NCBI GenBank assembly: GCA_030674475.1
Contig: JAUSCZ010000017.1
Coordinates: forward strand, 110,755 to 174,754
Origin: Candidatus Omnitrophota bacterium
GTDB taxonomy: Bacteria > Omnitrophota > Gorgyraeia > Gygaellales > UBA12090
DNA: 64,000 nucleotides
Direction: 5' to 3'
The notes below the pieces were generated by a model. The model did not search any database and was not told the DNA's origin. It saw only the letters and a program-made list of their open reading frames with translations. Both the position numbers and the translations under genes were made by a program. Positions 8,714-19,470 of this stretch are shown here, piece after piece. Each line of letters begins with the position of its first letter. Position 1 is the stretch's first letter.

Positions 8714-10799
8714 ATGGTTTTATTGGCAATCTTAAGTATACCTTAACTAACATGGCGGCTTTAGGTAAATGCGACTTAAGAGTTGCCGGAATAAACTTAG
8801 GAAAACGATGCTCTATCTCAAACCCATTTTGCCGCAAGAAATCCGCCAAGGATATATCGGTAAAAATCTGCCTGTGTGTAGGATCTTCAAAATATTTATC
8901 ACGATAATATCTAAAATTGGGCTGAATGACAATTAGCTTCCCTCCACTTTTTAAAATACGCTTTACTTCGCCAATAACCTTATAAAAATCTTCTTCATTA
9001 AGATGTTCAAAAAAATTGCTGGCAAAAACCACATCAAGATAATCCGAGGGTAAATTAATCCTTTCGGTTGCCGACTGTTTAAATATAGTTATACCTTCTT
9101 TAGCAAGCTTGTCCATATCGTCAAATATATCAAGAGCATATTTTTCTTTAGCCCCTATAGTATTGATAAAATCGCAATAGCCGGCGCCCATATCTAAAAT
9201 TTTTGAATCATGAGGTATAAATCGATTAAGGTAACGCGCTATCACGCTCCATACCACTGCCCTATTCTTATCAAACTTAAGCCTGGTTTCAAAATAACCC
9301 TTTTGCGCTTCTTCTGTTTTATTTTTTAAGTATGAAAAGAAGACATTTTTAAGCATTACTTCTATCGGAAATATGGTAAGGTGCTTCTTAAACCTCAATC
9401 TGGCCAGGGGCCTGTACATCTTTATGAATATTCTTAGTATTTTATATGCTGTTGCACCGGAGACCAGATGAATGTCGAGCTTCTGATCTATAAAAAAGCT
9501 GGTAACATAAAGCGTATTTAACAGGCGCACCATTCTGCTGTTCAGCCAAGGCAAAGAATTAGCGCTATTATCAGGCCCAAAATCACCCCAATCTCTAAGT
9601 GTTCGCGGAGGCCTGTATCCATATTTAGCCGCCATATCAAATAACTCGGAACCGGGATACGGAGTAAACTGATTAAAAAGTGTCATATGGCAAAATGGGT
9701 TATCCTTTAGTAAGCGAAATATTAAGTCCGTGGATTTAAAAACATCCTCCTCAGTTTCCGTGGGTAAACCGGAGAAGAAATTATACGTGGGACGCAGACT
9801 TTTAAAATTACTTAGTTTCTTATTTACGGCTATCGTCTGATCAACGCCTATACCCTTACGCATTAAATCAAGCATGCGCTGCGAACCAGACTCTGCCCCT
9901 ATATGCAGATTCCGCGTCCCTATTCTTTCTAAAAGAGACAGAGTTTCATTATCCATCCTGTATAAATCATCTATACGCACACCCCTGAAATCAAATTTTA
10001 CCTGCCACTTTTTCTTATAAATCTCGTAGAGTATCTTTTTGGCGCGGCCTAAATCTATAAAAAAATCATCATCTAATATGCATATATAGCCGGGGGAAAA
10101 TTTATCAATAACCAATTCCAGGGATTTCATTGATTTATCTACCCCCGCTTTTCTCCATCTGCGCCCTGAGAGAGTCGGCGCGTAACAGAACGCGCAGTTA
10201 TGCGGACAGCCTCTACTGGTTAAAACCGAGATCACTCTTTCATCGTATCCTTCTCGATAATAGTTTGAAATATCTATTAATTCATAAGGCAAATCCGGCA
10301 AAGACTCTAGATCCACAACATCAGCGCATTCGTTATGGAAAATCTCTCCTTGATGTTTATAGCTGAGGCCTTTGATATTTCTTAGAGGTCTCTTATTAAC
10401 TATCGCATCCGTCAATTCACAAAAGGTCAATTCCCCTTCACCTTTGACTACAATATCCACTAAATCATCTCCCAGGGTTTGCTGAGGCATAATAGTCGGG
10501 TGTATACCGCCCCAGACAACCGGAGCAGAAGAATACAATTTTACTATTTTGGATACCTCAAGGGCATATTTTATCGGAGTTCCCGTCATAGCAGAAATAC
10601 CTACGCACACAGGCTCCTTCCTTAATTCATTGATTAATTTTTCCTTCCAGTTTAATTCTACTCTTTGATCAATAATCTTAACCTCATATCCTTTTTTATA
10701 AACAATTGAAGCAACATACAGTAAGCTTAAGGGCAGGTCTTTTATTATCGCGTCATATACGCCGGATTTTGGATACACCAAAACAACTCTATGTGCCAT
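8667..10799 (-). CDS. Fusion of a B12-binding (class B) radical SAM protein with a C-terminal class I SAM-methyltransferase domain.
   Basis: The N-terminal B12-binding region has VVWGGIHPT. The radical SAM cluster is SRGCPHNCAFCYAP. GAESGSQRMLD follows. The C-terminus carries ILDMGAGYCDF (MTase motif I) and FASNFFEHL. Confidence 0.75.
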   Translation of the reverse strand: MAHRVVLVYPKSGVYDAIIKDLPLSLLYVASIVYKKGYEVKIIDQRVELNWKEKLINELRKEPVCVGISAMTGTPIKYALEVSKIVKLYSSAPVVWGGIHPTIMPQQTLGDDLVDIVVKGEGELTFCELTDAIVNKRPLRNIKGLSYKHQGEIFHNECADVVDLESLPDLPYELIDISNYYREGYDERVISVLTSRGCPHNCAFCYAPTLSGRRWRKAGVDKSMKSLELVIDKFSPGYICILDDDFFIDLGRAKKILYEIYKKKWQVKFDFRGVRIDDLYRMDNETLSLLERIGTRNLHIGAESGSQRMLDLMRKGIGVDQTIAVNKKLSNFKSLRPTYNFFSGLPTETEEDVFKSTDLIFRLLKDNPFCHMTLFNQFTPYPGSELFDMAAKYGYRPPRTLRDWGDFGPDNSANSLPWLNSRMVRLLNTLYVTSFFIDQKLDIHLVSGATAYKILRIFIKMYRPLARLRFKKHLTIFPIEVMLKNVFFSYLKNKTEEAQKGYFETRLKFDKNRAVVWSVIARYLNRFIPHDSKILDMGAGYCDFINTIGAKEKYALDIFDDMDKLAKEGITIFKQSATERINLPSDYLDVVFASNFFEHLNEEDFYKVIGEVKRILKSGGKLIVIQPNFRYYRDKYFEDPTHRQIFTDISLADFLRQNGFEIEHRFPKFIPATLKSHLPKAAMLVKVYLRLPIKPFARQFLIVAKNVKKG

Positions 10800-10811
10800 T
10801 CTAAGATATCC

Positions 10812-12623
10812 TCATATGTTTGGTTCTAACGCGGGAGCAACTATTTCATATACATCTATTTGCCCTGTTGCCTGAATACACATTACTCCTTTCCGCGAAC
10901 ATTCCTGGGGCGGAAAACTTTTGACGAATTTAAGGCCTTGGTTTTGGGGAATCCTTTCCATATCCTCTCTATCTTCCACCAAGTCTGTTTTCAAATAATC
11001 ATCTTTATGCACCAGCACATACTTTACCCCCATCCATTTCAAGGTTTTGACTGTATCATATTCTGATAATTTCCTGATAGTCTGGGCCACCTTATTGGCA
11101 TAAGTTCCGGGGATTGTGCCGTTAATGATTTTCTTTTCATGCACCGTTTGGAAGAATTTAAACAGCTCGTTTGGAGAATCCGCATCCAAGGGATACTCAG
11201 CAATCACCTCAACCTGCGGTTGTTCCTTCAACCAATAGTATACCGCCGGCACTTTGGATAAATCAATCACTTTATAGGGCGGCCAATTCCAGAATTCAAA
11301 TAAAACCAATCCGCAGAACAAGGCAGTTAGCGCGAGCTTGGTTTTTTGCGACTTGAATCTTTCTAAGATAAAATTCAACCCAAAGCCTGCCAACACCGCC
11401 ACCGCCAACATTACCACAATCCCAAAACGGCAGTACGCCCGAAACATCGGCAGAATTTTATACAAAAAGAATGACGGCATATACAGCTTAAAGCCAAAGA
11501 TATTCCACCACGGCGGCTGGGAAAAAAACCAGGCCATAACTGCCAGAAACACAAAAAAGCCGATATAAAAACCTTTTTTGTCCGTGATTTGCGGTTCGCG
11601 GCTGGTGGTTAGTTTTTTTCTATTTCTACTCCATCTTCTAAACGCCACAAACGCCAGCACAAGCGGCACCCAGCCCAAATAAAGCGCGTGTTCAGTTAAG
11701 CTCATTCCATATATATCCGTACCTACAAAACCTTTGGCCAGGCCTCCTAAAAACGGATGCTCCGGAGAAGGAAGCAAATAACTTAGAGGCCTCGCGGATT
11801 GGCTGAACAAATCCTCAAAAGGCCGGCGCAAGCTCCACACCGAAACAGCTTTAGCCTGAGGAGCCAGAACTCGAGTCTTTATAAACGGCCAAAGTATTAT
11901 AGCCATTACTGATCCTGTCAAGGCCATGCTTAAGATGATACGCAAAGTCAACTTTTTACTATTCTTTTTATCCGCGATAAGACAATACATCCAGAAAAAA
12001 ACAGTAACCAAAAGCATAAAATACAGATAATAATAATCAAAAGAAGCCACCAGAAATAACGCTAAAGACAAAAATATCGTAGTCCGCAAATTCACATCTT
12101 TTTTCATCTTCAATAAGGCATAGACATACAAAGGAATCCACTGGATATGGGTTAAACCGATATGCTGCCAAGCCCGGGCAAAATGATACGGCGAGAAAGC
12201 GTATATTATGCCGGAAAAAACAGCTACTCTGAAATTCCCAGAGATAAACCGCATTAACCCATACATACACAATCCGGACAAAATGAAGGATAGTATAACT
12301 TCACTATTATAGGCAAAACACTGATTTGTAGTTATTGCCATTACTCTTTTAAAACCCGACCACAACGGATAAAGCTGATCAAGGACAGCGTAATCCTGGC
12401 CAAAAGGATAGGAGATATACCGGCAATCGCCATGATTAATATTATTTGTATGCGCGTATTTTAACCACCAAAAATACCATACAGACGGCTCATCAGTGCT
12501 CGCAAACCCGGCAATGGATTTATTTACAGTAAAAAATAAAGGATACGTCATTGCGAATGTCAACACTACAAACAATATCGTAATCGCAATCAATCCTAAA
12601 GCCTTATAATTTCTTATTTTCAT
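10812..12623 (-). CDS. Large polytopic membrane protein, putative GT-C-type glycosyltransferase (YfhO/DUF-like).
   Basis: The protein is 603 aa with multiple TM helices and a soluble C-terminal domain. It sits within the glycan locus. Family assignment is tentative. Confidence 0.4.
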   Translation of the reverse strand: MKIRNYKALGLIAITILFVVLTFAMTYPLFFTVNKSIAGFASTDEPSVWYFWWLKYAHTNNINHGDCRYISYPFGQDYAVLDQLYPLWSGFKRVMAITTNQCFAYNSEVILSFILSGLCMYGLMRFISGNFRVAVFSGIIYAFSPYHFARAWQHIGLTHIQWIPLYVYALLKMKKDVNLRTTIFLSLALFLVASFDYYYLYFMLLVTVFFWMYCLIADKKNSKKLTLRIILSMALTGSVMAIILWPFIKTRVLAPQAKAVSVWSLRRPFEDLFSQSARPLSYLLPSPEHPFLGGLAKGFVGTDIYGMSLTEHALYLGWVPLVLAFVAFRRWSRNRKKLTTSREPQITDKKGFYIGFFVFLAVMAWFFSQPPWWNIFGFKLYMPSFFLYKILPMFRAYCRFGIVVMLAVAVLAGFGLNFILERFKSQKTKLALTALFCGLVLFEFWNWPPYKVIDLSKVPAVYYWLKEQPQVEVIAEYPLDADSPNELFKFFQTVHEKKIINGTIPGTYANKVAQTIRKLSEYDTVKTLKWMGVKYVLVHKDDYLKTDLVEDREDMERIPQNQGLKFVKSFPPQECSRKGVMCIQATGQIDVYEIVAPALEPNI

Positions 12624-12624
12624 A

Positions 12625-13996
12625 TTATGTTTTTCGCGCTTGTTTTAAGACATAATACCTTAGGTAATAAATAAACAGGTTGAATTTCAGCCTTGCAATT
12701 ATAAATTTAATTTCCTGATAAATATTACGACGATCAAAATAATTCTTAATCTTAAGTAGAAAATTAGTATCAATTTTGCTGGTATTAATTGTTCGTTCAT
12801 AGATAGACCCTACGCCCTCCAAATTGTCATCATAGGTAAAAAGTCTTTATTTATGCAATAATTAAATAATTCTGTCCCGGGATAAGGACGATAAATAGTG
12901 CAAAGCGTTATATAAGGATTAAGACGTTTAACTAATTTTACAGTAGCCATTAAATCATTCTCAGTTTCCGTGGGCAATCCAATCATAAGCAAGGCGCTCA
13001 CTTTAAGCTTAAGCCTACGACAGAGATTAAACACATTGATTATTTGCTCAACAGTTTGGCCCTTATTAAGAAAGTTAAGCACTCTATCTGAGCCGCTCTC
13101 TATTCCAAATTCAACAAGCCGAAGGCCGCATTTAATCTCTGTCTTTATCACATCCTCTTTTACTAAGTTAATCCTTGAAAAATGCGACCACTTAAATTTC
13201 AGGTTATTCTTTTGTAATAAATCGCACAATTTTAGGACACGCTCTCTATTAATATCAAACTCATCGTCATCCACCTGAAAGCCATCAATATGATAGTGCT
13301 CTTTCAAATATTTCAAATTCTCAATTATTTTCTCCGCGCGTATCCCTCTCCAGTTGCCAAGGTGAACTTTAGGCACACAGCAAAAAGAACATTTATACGG
13401 GCATCCTCGGGATGTGTTTATCGTGATTACCCTGCTCGCGTAGAACTTCCTTCTTATATATTTTTCTACTTTAATTAAGTGCCACGCTGGCTGGGGAAGT
13501 TTCTCTAAATCAAAAAAAGATCTTTTAGTATATTTCAACTGCCCGTTATCTTTATATCCAATATTGTTTAAGTCTTCCAAGCGCTTTCTTTTGCTAATAG
13601 CGTAATCCAACAGCCCCGAAAACGCACTCTCTCCATCTCCGATAATAACAAAATCAACAAAGCCGTTTTTTAAAATAGAATCCGGATACAAAGTTGTATG
13701 GATGCCGCCCCATACAATTTTTATCGATAAATCAAATTCCGCACCTCCTTAGAAACAAAAATAGCATCATCTATTGAGGTGCCGGTAAGACAGCCCAATC
13801 CTACCACTCTCGGTTTTAATTTTAGAAAGACCACATCAATATTCTCAGTATCTACATTTCTGTCATAGACTGATATACGATAGCCGCGCTCTATGGCATA
13901 AGATGCAATATAAAGCAGTCCGTGAGGAATAAAAGCCGGTATTGTTTGAGCGCTTATGGGATTAATCAAAAGAGCGTCTACAGGAGCAAGCTTCAT
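12625..13996 (-). pseudogene. B12-binding radical SAM paralog disrupted by two frameshifts; three ORF fragments remain.
   Basis: Fragment 13721..13996 carries the B12-binding N-terminus. Fragment 12810..13691 carries the SRGCPYKCSFC core after a frameshift; the motif IVWGGIHTTLYPDS is in the shifted frame. Fragment 12625..12822 carries the C-terminal ...IYYLRYYV segment in a third frame. Confidence 0.6.
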
Positions 13997-14003
13997 GAGG
14001 CAT

Positions 14004-15464
14004 TTATCTTTCTGATATTTTTAATATCCTGCAGGCATATTCATACATCCGCCATTCTATTGGGAAAATATATAAATCCAAGACCCACCTGATTCTTGCT
14101 GACAAGGTAAATACAAAAAAAGCAATCCAGTACATAGGATTCTTAAAAGGGATGGTGTATTTCAAGCTAAGGCGCTGATTAAAGGAAAAATGAGTAAATA
14201 AAGTAGCTGTCCTGATAACACTCCGGGCTCTCCCCTTTATCCAGGGAAGATTAGCTACCGTATTGTATTGATACTCTGCCCAATCCTCTAATCTGGCTGG
14301 GGGATTAAGCCCGTTTTTTAATGCTTGAGGATACAGCGGGGTGCCGGGATAAGGAGTATAAATACTCAATCCTGAATAAAAGTTTTTGTTTTTCGCGGAA
14401 AGTTTTTTGATGATGGCGAATGTCTTAATTACATCAGCATATTGTTCCCCCGGTAGACCTAACATATAATTCGCGTAAAGCATAAAATCATATTTTCCCA
14501 GAGTTGAAATTACCATTTCCATCTGCTCAGGAGAAATCATTTTATTTATCATTTTTAGTATTTCCGTAGAACCCGACTCACCTCCAAAATTAGGATTAAC
14601 AAAGCCTGACCTTTTGAGCAAATCCCAGAAATCATCGTTTAAGCGCACTGCTGAATCAAAACGCATACTGCCGCTCCACTTAATACCCAATTTCTCATCT
14701 ATTATCCTTTGGGCAATTTCTTTAGCGCGAGGTATACTGGCAAAAAGGTAATCATCGTTTGCCATAAGTATATCCGGCTTGAAAAACTGTAATATATTCT
14801 TAATCTCTAGAATAACCCTATCCACGGACATTGCCCGCCATCTTCTTCTGTGCACGGCTTTTGTATAGCAAAATCCACAATTAAAAGGGCATCCCCGGCT
14901 TGTCCCAATGCTTACAAATGACGGCTTTCTATTAAGCTCAGAATACTTCTGTAAATCTTTTAACAAATAATATGGGACGGTGGGCATTTCATTTAAATCA
15001 ATAAAATCCCTTTCGCTCGTATTGATAATTTCACCATTATTTTTAAAGGTGATGCCTGCGATATCCGCGGGGTTTTTCCCTGAGTCAAGAGCCAAGAGCA
15101 GTTGGCAGAGTGTTTCCTCTCCTTCTCCTCTTACCACATAATCTACAAATTCATTTTGCGCGGTTTCTGCCGCGGTGATAGACGCATGCACGCCTCCCCA
15201 GATAAAAGGTGATGTAACGCCCTGTTTTCTCAGAAAACCCGCGCATTCAAGCGCGCTCCTTATCTGAGGCCCGGTAAACTGCAAGGAAAAACCAAAATAA
15301 TCATACTGTTTAAAATTTATACTTTCTTTATTTTCAACTTGAAGATCGCACACGTCAGCAATAATACCTTTTTTTCGCAAATATCCAGCCACACATAAAA
15401 CAGGATAAGGCATTCTGGCAAACAAACCGCAGGGATGCGGATAAATAAGTAAAATCTTAGGCAT
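14004..15464 (-). CDS. B12-binding (class B) radical SAM protein.
   Basis: Motifs FIWGGVHAS, GTSRGCPFNCGFCYT, GGESGS and YTPYPGTPLY are present. Confidence 0.75.
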   Translation of the reverse strand: MPKILLIYPHPCGLFARMPYPVLCVAGYLRKKGIIADVCDLQVENKESINFKQYDYFGFSLQFTGPQIRSALECAGFLRKQGVTSPFIWGGVHASITAAETAQNEFVDYVVRGEGEETLCQLLLALDSGKNPADIAGITFKNNGEIINTSERDFIDLNEMPTVPYYLLKDLQKYSELNRKPSFVSIGTSRGCPFNCGFCYTKAVHRRRWRAMSVDRVILEIKNILQFFKPDILMANDDYLFASIPRAKEIAQRIIDEKLGIKWSGSMRFDSAVRLNDDFWDLLKRSGFVNPNFGGESGSTEILKMINKMISPEQMEMVISTLGKYDFMLYANYMLGLPGEQYADVIKTFAIIKKLSAKNKNFYSGLSIYTPYPGTPLYPQALKNGLNPPARLEDWAEYQYNTVANLPWIKGRARSVIRTATLFTHFSFNQRLSLKYTIPFKNPMYWIAFFVFTLSARIRWVLDLYIFPIEWRMYEYACRILKISER

Positions 15465-16455
15465 TTTTACTTCCTTTATACCATTTAATGGTGCGGGCGG
15501 TTCCCGCGGCTAAGCCATATTCCTGCGCATAGCCTAACTCCTTAAAAATCCTTGAACCGTCGAAAATTCGTTCGGTGGCAATCGCTATAATACTTTCCTT
15601 GTTTATAAATTCTTTTCTTAAGAAAATTTTAGTTAAGAAGTTTACGATTGAGACACAAAAGAGTATTAACCAAACAGGAATATATATTTTAACCGGCTTC
15701 TGTTTCATGTCTTGGGAAGTAGCGTTTACTAACTCGTTAACCGCGTAAGGCCTGTCATCAGTAGTTATGTATGTTTTATCCGCTGAATCCTTATTCTCAG
15801 CTACGAAAATCGCCTGACTGACTACATTGCCCACATAGGTCAAACTCTGTCTATTCCTACCGGAGCCTACAATAGGCACAAGCCCTCTTTCAATAAAATA
15901 GATAATTTTTGTTAATGCCCCTAATCCTCGCTCGCCAAATACCCCGGGCGGCTGTAGTATGGTAGCATCGATGCCCATCACACTAGCATTACTTCTGATA
16001 ATTTTCTCGGCTTCAAATTTTGCCTTGCCATAAGGATCTACCGGAGACTCCACGGAGACTTCATTATAAACCGATACGCCTTTCCTGTACCCAATCGCAG
16101 CTACACTGCTTAGATACACAAGACGCTTTATCTTGTTAATCCTGCAGGCCTCTAAAAGATTATGAGTTCCCTGAGAATGAAGCGCGTACAATTCCTTTTC
16201 ATATTCCTGCAGACTCTTACCGATAGGCTTAACATTCACCAGGCAAAAAACCATATCTACCCCGGAAAGAGCAGCTTTAAGCGAATCTAAATCCAGAAGA
16301 TCCCCAAACCGTAATTCAACTCCCAAAGATTTGAGAAATTTTGTATCAGAATTATTTCTGAATAAAACAAACACTTTATACCCTTTAGCTATGAGCCGCT
16401 CAACTAAATGGCTGCCAATAAACCCACTTCCCCCTACAACCAAAACATTATTCAT
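15457..16455 (-). CDS. NAD-dependent epimerase/dehydratase (SDR family, nucleotide-sugar modifying).
   Basis: VLVVGGSGFIGSHLVERL forms the Rossmann GxxGxxG motif. A YxxxK-type active site is present (YGKAK). Confidence 0.75.
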   Translation of the reverse strand: MNNVLVVGGSGFIGSHLVERLIAKGYKVFVLFRNNSDTKFLKSLGVELRFGDLLDLDSLKAALSGVDMVFCLVNVKPIGKSLQEYEKELYALHSQGTHNLLEACRINKIKRLVYLSSVAAIGYRKGVSVYNEVSVESPVDPYGKAKFEAEKIIRSNASVMGIDATILQPPGVFGERGLGALTKIIYFIERGLVPIVGSGRNRQSLTYVGNVVSQAIFVAENKDSADKTYITTDDRPYAVNELVNATSQDMKQKPVKIYIPVWLILFCVSIVNFLTKIFLRKEFINKESIIAIATERIFDGSRIFKELGYAQEYGLAAGTARTIKWYKGSKNA

Positions 16456-17908
16456 TCACAACCCTATCGCGCGACCGCAACGATAGCCTATTAAACAGCG
16501 ATTTTATCGTATAGCACAAGGCTTTTGGTTTCATTTGTCGTTTTAAATAATAAATTATAAGCCCAAAATTGAACTCCTTCAAACAAAGAATAGCCTCCTT
16601 GATGGCAAATTTGGCGTAAAAGCTTCTTTGCAGTTTAAGCAGATATTCCGTAGAAACAAAACTCATATTACAGGCTCCGTCTTTCATATGGCTGAAACGG
16701 TAAAACTCACCTTGAGCCTCTAAAGTAGCAGGGACAAAAAAATTCTTATTTTTGGCGCAATAATCATACAGGGGAGTCCCGGGATAAGGCCTATAGATAG
16801 TGCTGATCAGGATATGCGCGGGCAGCCCCTCTACCAAATCTATGGTTTCTTTAAGCTCTTCCTTAGTTTCTGAAGGATACCCTATCATAAACAAAGCCGC
16901 CGACTTTATCCCCACCCGTTTACAGACCTGAAAGGCCTCTTTAATCTGGGCGACATCCTGTCTTTTATTTATCAGCTGGAGTATCCGATCGGAACCGGAC
17001 TCCACGCCATACTCAACATATTTACAGTTGGCGGCCTTTTCCAGCCTTAACATAGCCTCATCACAGTAAATTATATTGGAGAAATGGCTCCAGTTAACCT
17101 TCGCTTCAGAACTAATCATCAGATTACAGAATTCCTTCACCCGGTTTTTATCCGTGTCAAAGCTATCCTCATAGAACTGAATCCCATTAATCCCATAGTT
17201 GTCCTTTAAGCGCATCAGTTGTTTAAATATATTCCCGGCATTCAGAGAACGCCACCTTTGATAAGGCAGCCCCTGATTAAAGCAAAATGCGCATTTGAAA
17301 GGACAACCCCGGGAAGTATTCATTGTAAGAACCCGGCTGGCAAAAAATCGGTTAGCAATATATTTAGGCATATCCACCAAATCCCAGGCCGGCATAGGGG
17401 ATAAATTTAAATCAATAAGACTGTCCTCTACCGGATTAATAAAGATATTTCCCTTATCTTTATATCCTAGATTCCGGACAGAGGGATCCTCCCTGCTCTT
17501 GAGTAAGGCATCCATTAACCTAAAAAGCGCGTTTTCCCCTTCTGCCTGGATAATAAAATCAACTGAATCCTCCCCTAAAACATACTTAGGAAAAAGAGTA
17601 GGATGCAGGCCTCCCCAAATTATCTTTATATCCTTAAACCTGCTTTTGGCCGCGCGGGAGATTTTCAGGGCTTCATTGATGACCGGCCCGGTTAATACTG
17701 ATAAACCAAGGGCTAAAGGCCGATTACGCGCAACCACCTCCAAAGGGTCAGTGGGATCGGTATTAGCGTCAAAGATATCCACCTTAATTCCTTTCCCTCT
17801 CAAGTAACCAGCCAAATATAACACCCCGTAAGGCAGATAAGCCGGGCTGCCGTCACGGATCCAGGAAAAAGGATTAATCAATAAGATATCCGGTTTCTCA
17901 CTCATCAT
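16448..17908 (-). CDS. B12-binding (class B) radical SAM protein.
   Basis: Motifs IIWGGLHPT, NTSRGCPFKCAFCFN, GVESGS and YRPYPGTPLY are present. Confidence 0.75.
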   Translation of the reverse strand: MMSEKPDILLINPFSWIRDGSPAYLPYGVLYLAGYLRGKGIKVDIFDANTDPTDPLEVVARNRPLALGLSVLTGPVINEALKISRAAKSRFKDIKIIWGGLHPTLFPKYVLGEDSVDFIIQAEGENALFRLMDALLKSREDPSVRNLGYKDKGNIFINPVEDSLIDLNLSPMPAWDLVDMPKYIANRFFASRVLTMNTSRGCPFKCAFCFNQGLPYQRWRSLNAGNIFKQLMRLKDNYGINGIQFYEDSFDTDKNRVKEFCNLMISSEAKVNWSHFSNIIYCDEAMLRLEKAANCKYVEYGVESGSDRILQLINKRQDVAQIKEAFQVCKRVGIKSAALFMIGYPSETKEELKETIDLVEGLPAHILISTIYRPYPGTPLYDYCAKNKNFFVPATLEAQGEFYRFSHMKDGACNMSFVSTEYLLKLQRSFYAKFAIKEAILCLKEFNFGLIIYYLKRQMKPKALCYTIKSLFNRLSLRSRDRVVNE

Positions 17909-17916
17909 AATAGCGG

Positions 17917-19470
17917 TTATTTATTCACCGAGGAAGCAAAGGAAAAACTCTTCAATACCTGCGCCACATCCTTAAGCCCTATCTCCCGGGCTTTAAGCAA
18001 ACCAAAACCTATGAAAGCGATATTTATGATATTCGCCATTTTGGCAAAATAGAGCAAATATTCCGGATTATTCCGCAAAAATCTGCTCTTGGATAAACCC
18101 TTAATCAGCCAAGAGGGAATAAACGGTTTAGAGGTCAAGGAAAAAAGGCAATTCCAGAACAGGTTATTTTTATAGCCGTAAATCATTTTCTTGTCCTTTA
18201 ACAAGACATGATTAAGCCTGAGGGCCTCATCCGTTTCCCCTTCTACGTGCTCTTTGCGGATAATCCCGTCCTTAAGCGCCATATTGGTTAAGTCGGTTTT
18301 GGGAAAATAAACCAGTGAATGCATATTCAGCTCAAAAGGCTTGGGTATCTGAAGATAAAAGTTAAGGGTTTCGCGCAGGTCGGTTTCGGTTTCGTAAGGA
18401 TTATTGACAATGATATCAAAGGTCAGCCTTATCCCCGCCCGATGAAAGATACTGGCCAGCTCCATGGTTTTCTCGTTAGAGTGATTTCTTTTATAAAGGT
18501 CTTTTCGTATCCGCTCTGATCCGGACTGCAGACCGGCCCGGCCGTGGGTAAGCCCGGCATCTTTTAACATTCTCACCGCGTCCTCAGTGACCATATTGGG
18601 ATAAAAAAGGGCGGCAAAAGGAAGATGGATTTTCTCTTTATACTTAGCGCAGAATTCCGCGGTCCACTGTTTATTAAAGGCAAACACCTCATCGGCAAAG
18701 ACAATTTTCTTAAGATTCTTAAAATATCTCTTTAAATTAATTATATCGCCGATCACATTATCCACGCTCTTTAGCCGGACGAACTTTTTGTCATTCATTA
18801 TGGCCTTTAAGATATTATTGGTGCAATAAGTACATTTATAGGGGCAGCCACGGGAGGAGAAAACCTCGCCTACAGAATTACCGGCCAAAGGATCTCCGGA
18901 TAAAACCAGATCATTTTCTATATACCATTTATTCCGGCCAGAATAATCTATCGCCGGCAGATTATCTATATCAATAAGCTCATTCATCCGGTTCTTATAA
19001 ATATGGCCGCCGGATTTTACCCATAGGCCGGGGACATCTTTAACCCGGCTTAAATCCTCTGAGAAGCCCCGCAATAAATCCAAAAAAGGATCCTCCCCCT
19101 CTCCCAGGCAAACCATATCCGCCAATTCTATGCATTCCTCCGGAGAAAGTATCGCGTGCGTTCCCCCTATTATAATTTTTACGTCTTTAAGCTCTCTACG
19201 CAGGCGGCGGATGATTTCTACCCCGGTCTTTAAAGATGAAGAACGGATGCTCACCCCCAGAAGCCGCGTATTCAATTCCTTAATCAAGCGGATTAAAAGC
19301 TCAAGTTCATGAGCGGTGTAAGGAAAATTCGCCGGGAAGAGATTCTTAAAGAAAATCTGATTTACCTTACAGCCCAGGCGATCCGCGGCCATACTATCCA
19401 ATGTCCTTATGCCTATGGCATCCGGGTCATACAAAGCTAACAACGTAGTTACAGGAAAACTATCCGTCAT
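17917..19470 (-). CDS. B12-binding (class B) radical SAM protein.
   Basis: Motifs IIGGTHAI, SSRGCPYKCTYCTN, GLQSGS and YFPKT are present. Confidence 0.75.
   Translation of the reverse strand: MTDSFPVTTLLALYDPDAIGIRTLDSMAADRLGCKVNQIFFKNLFPANFPYTAHELELLIRLIKELNTRLLGVSIRSSSLKTGVEIIRRLRRELKDVKIIIGGTHAILSPEECIELADMVCLGEGEDPFLDLLRGFSEDLSRVKDVPGLWVKSGGHIYKNRMNELIDIDNLPAIDYSGRNKWYIENDLVLSGDPLAGNSVGEVFSSRGCPYKCTYCTNNILKAIMNDKKFVRLKSVDNVIGDIINLKRYFKNLKKIVFADEVFAFNKQWTAEFCAKYKEKIHLPFAALFYPNMVTEDAVRMLKDAGLTHGRAGLQSGSERIRKDLYKRNHSNEKTMELASIFHRAGIRLTFDIIVNNPYETETDLRETLNFYLQIPKPFELNMHSLVYFPKTDLTNMALKDGIIRKEHVEGETDEALRLNHVLLKDKKMIYGYKNNLFWNCLFSLTSKPFIPSWLIKGLSKSRFLRNNPEYLLYFAKMANIINIAFIGFGLLKAREIGLKDVAQVLKSFSFASSVNK

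Noticed and set aside
12625-12822. 65-aa ORF as a possible RiPP precursor for the radical SAM enzymes.
   Set aside because: It is the out-of-frame C-terminal segment (...IYYLRYYV) of the frameshifted radical SAM gene.
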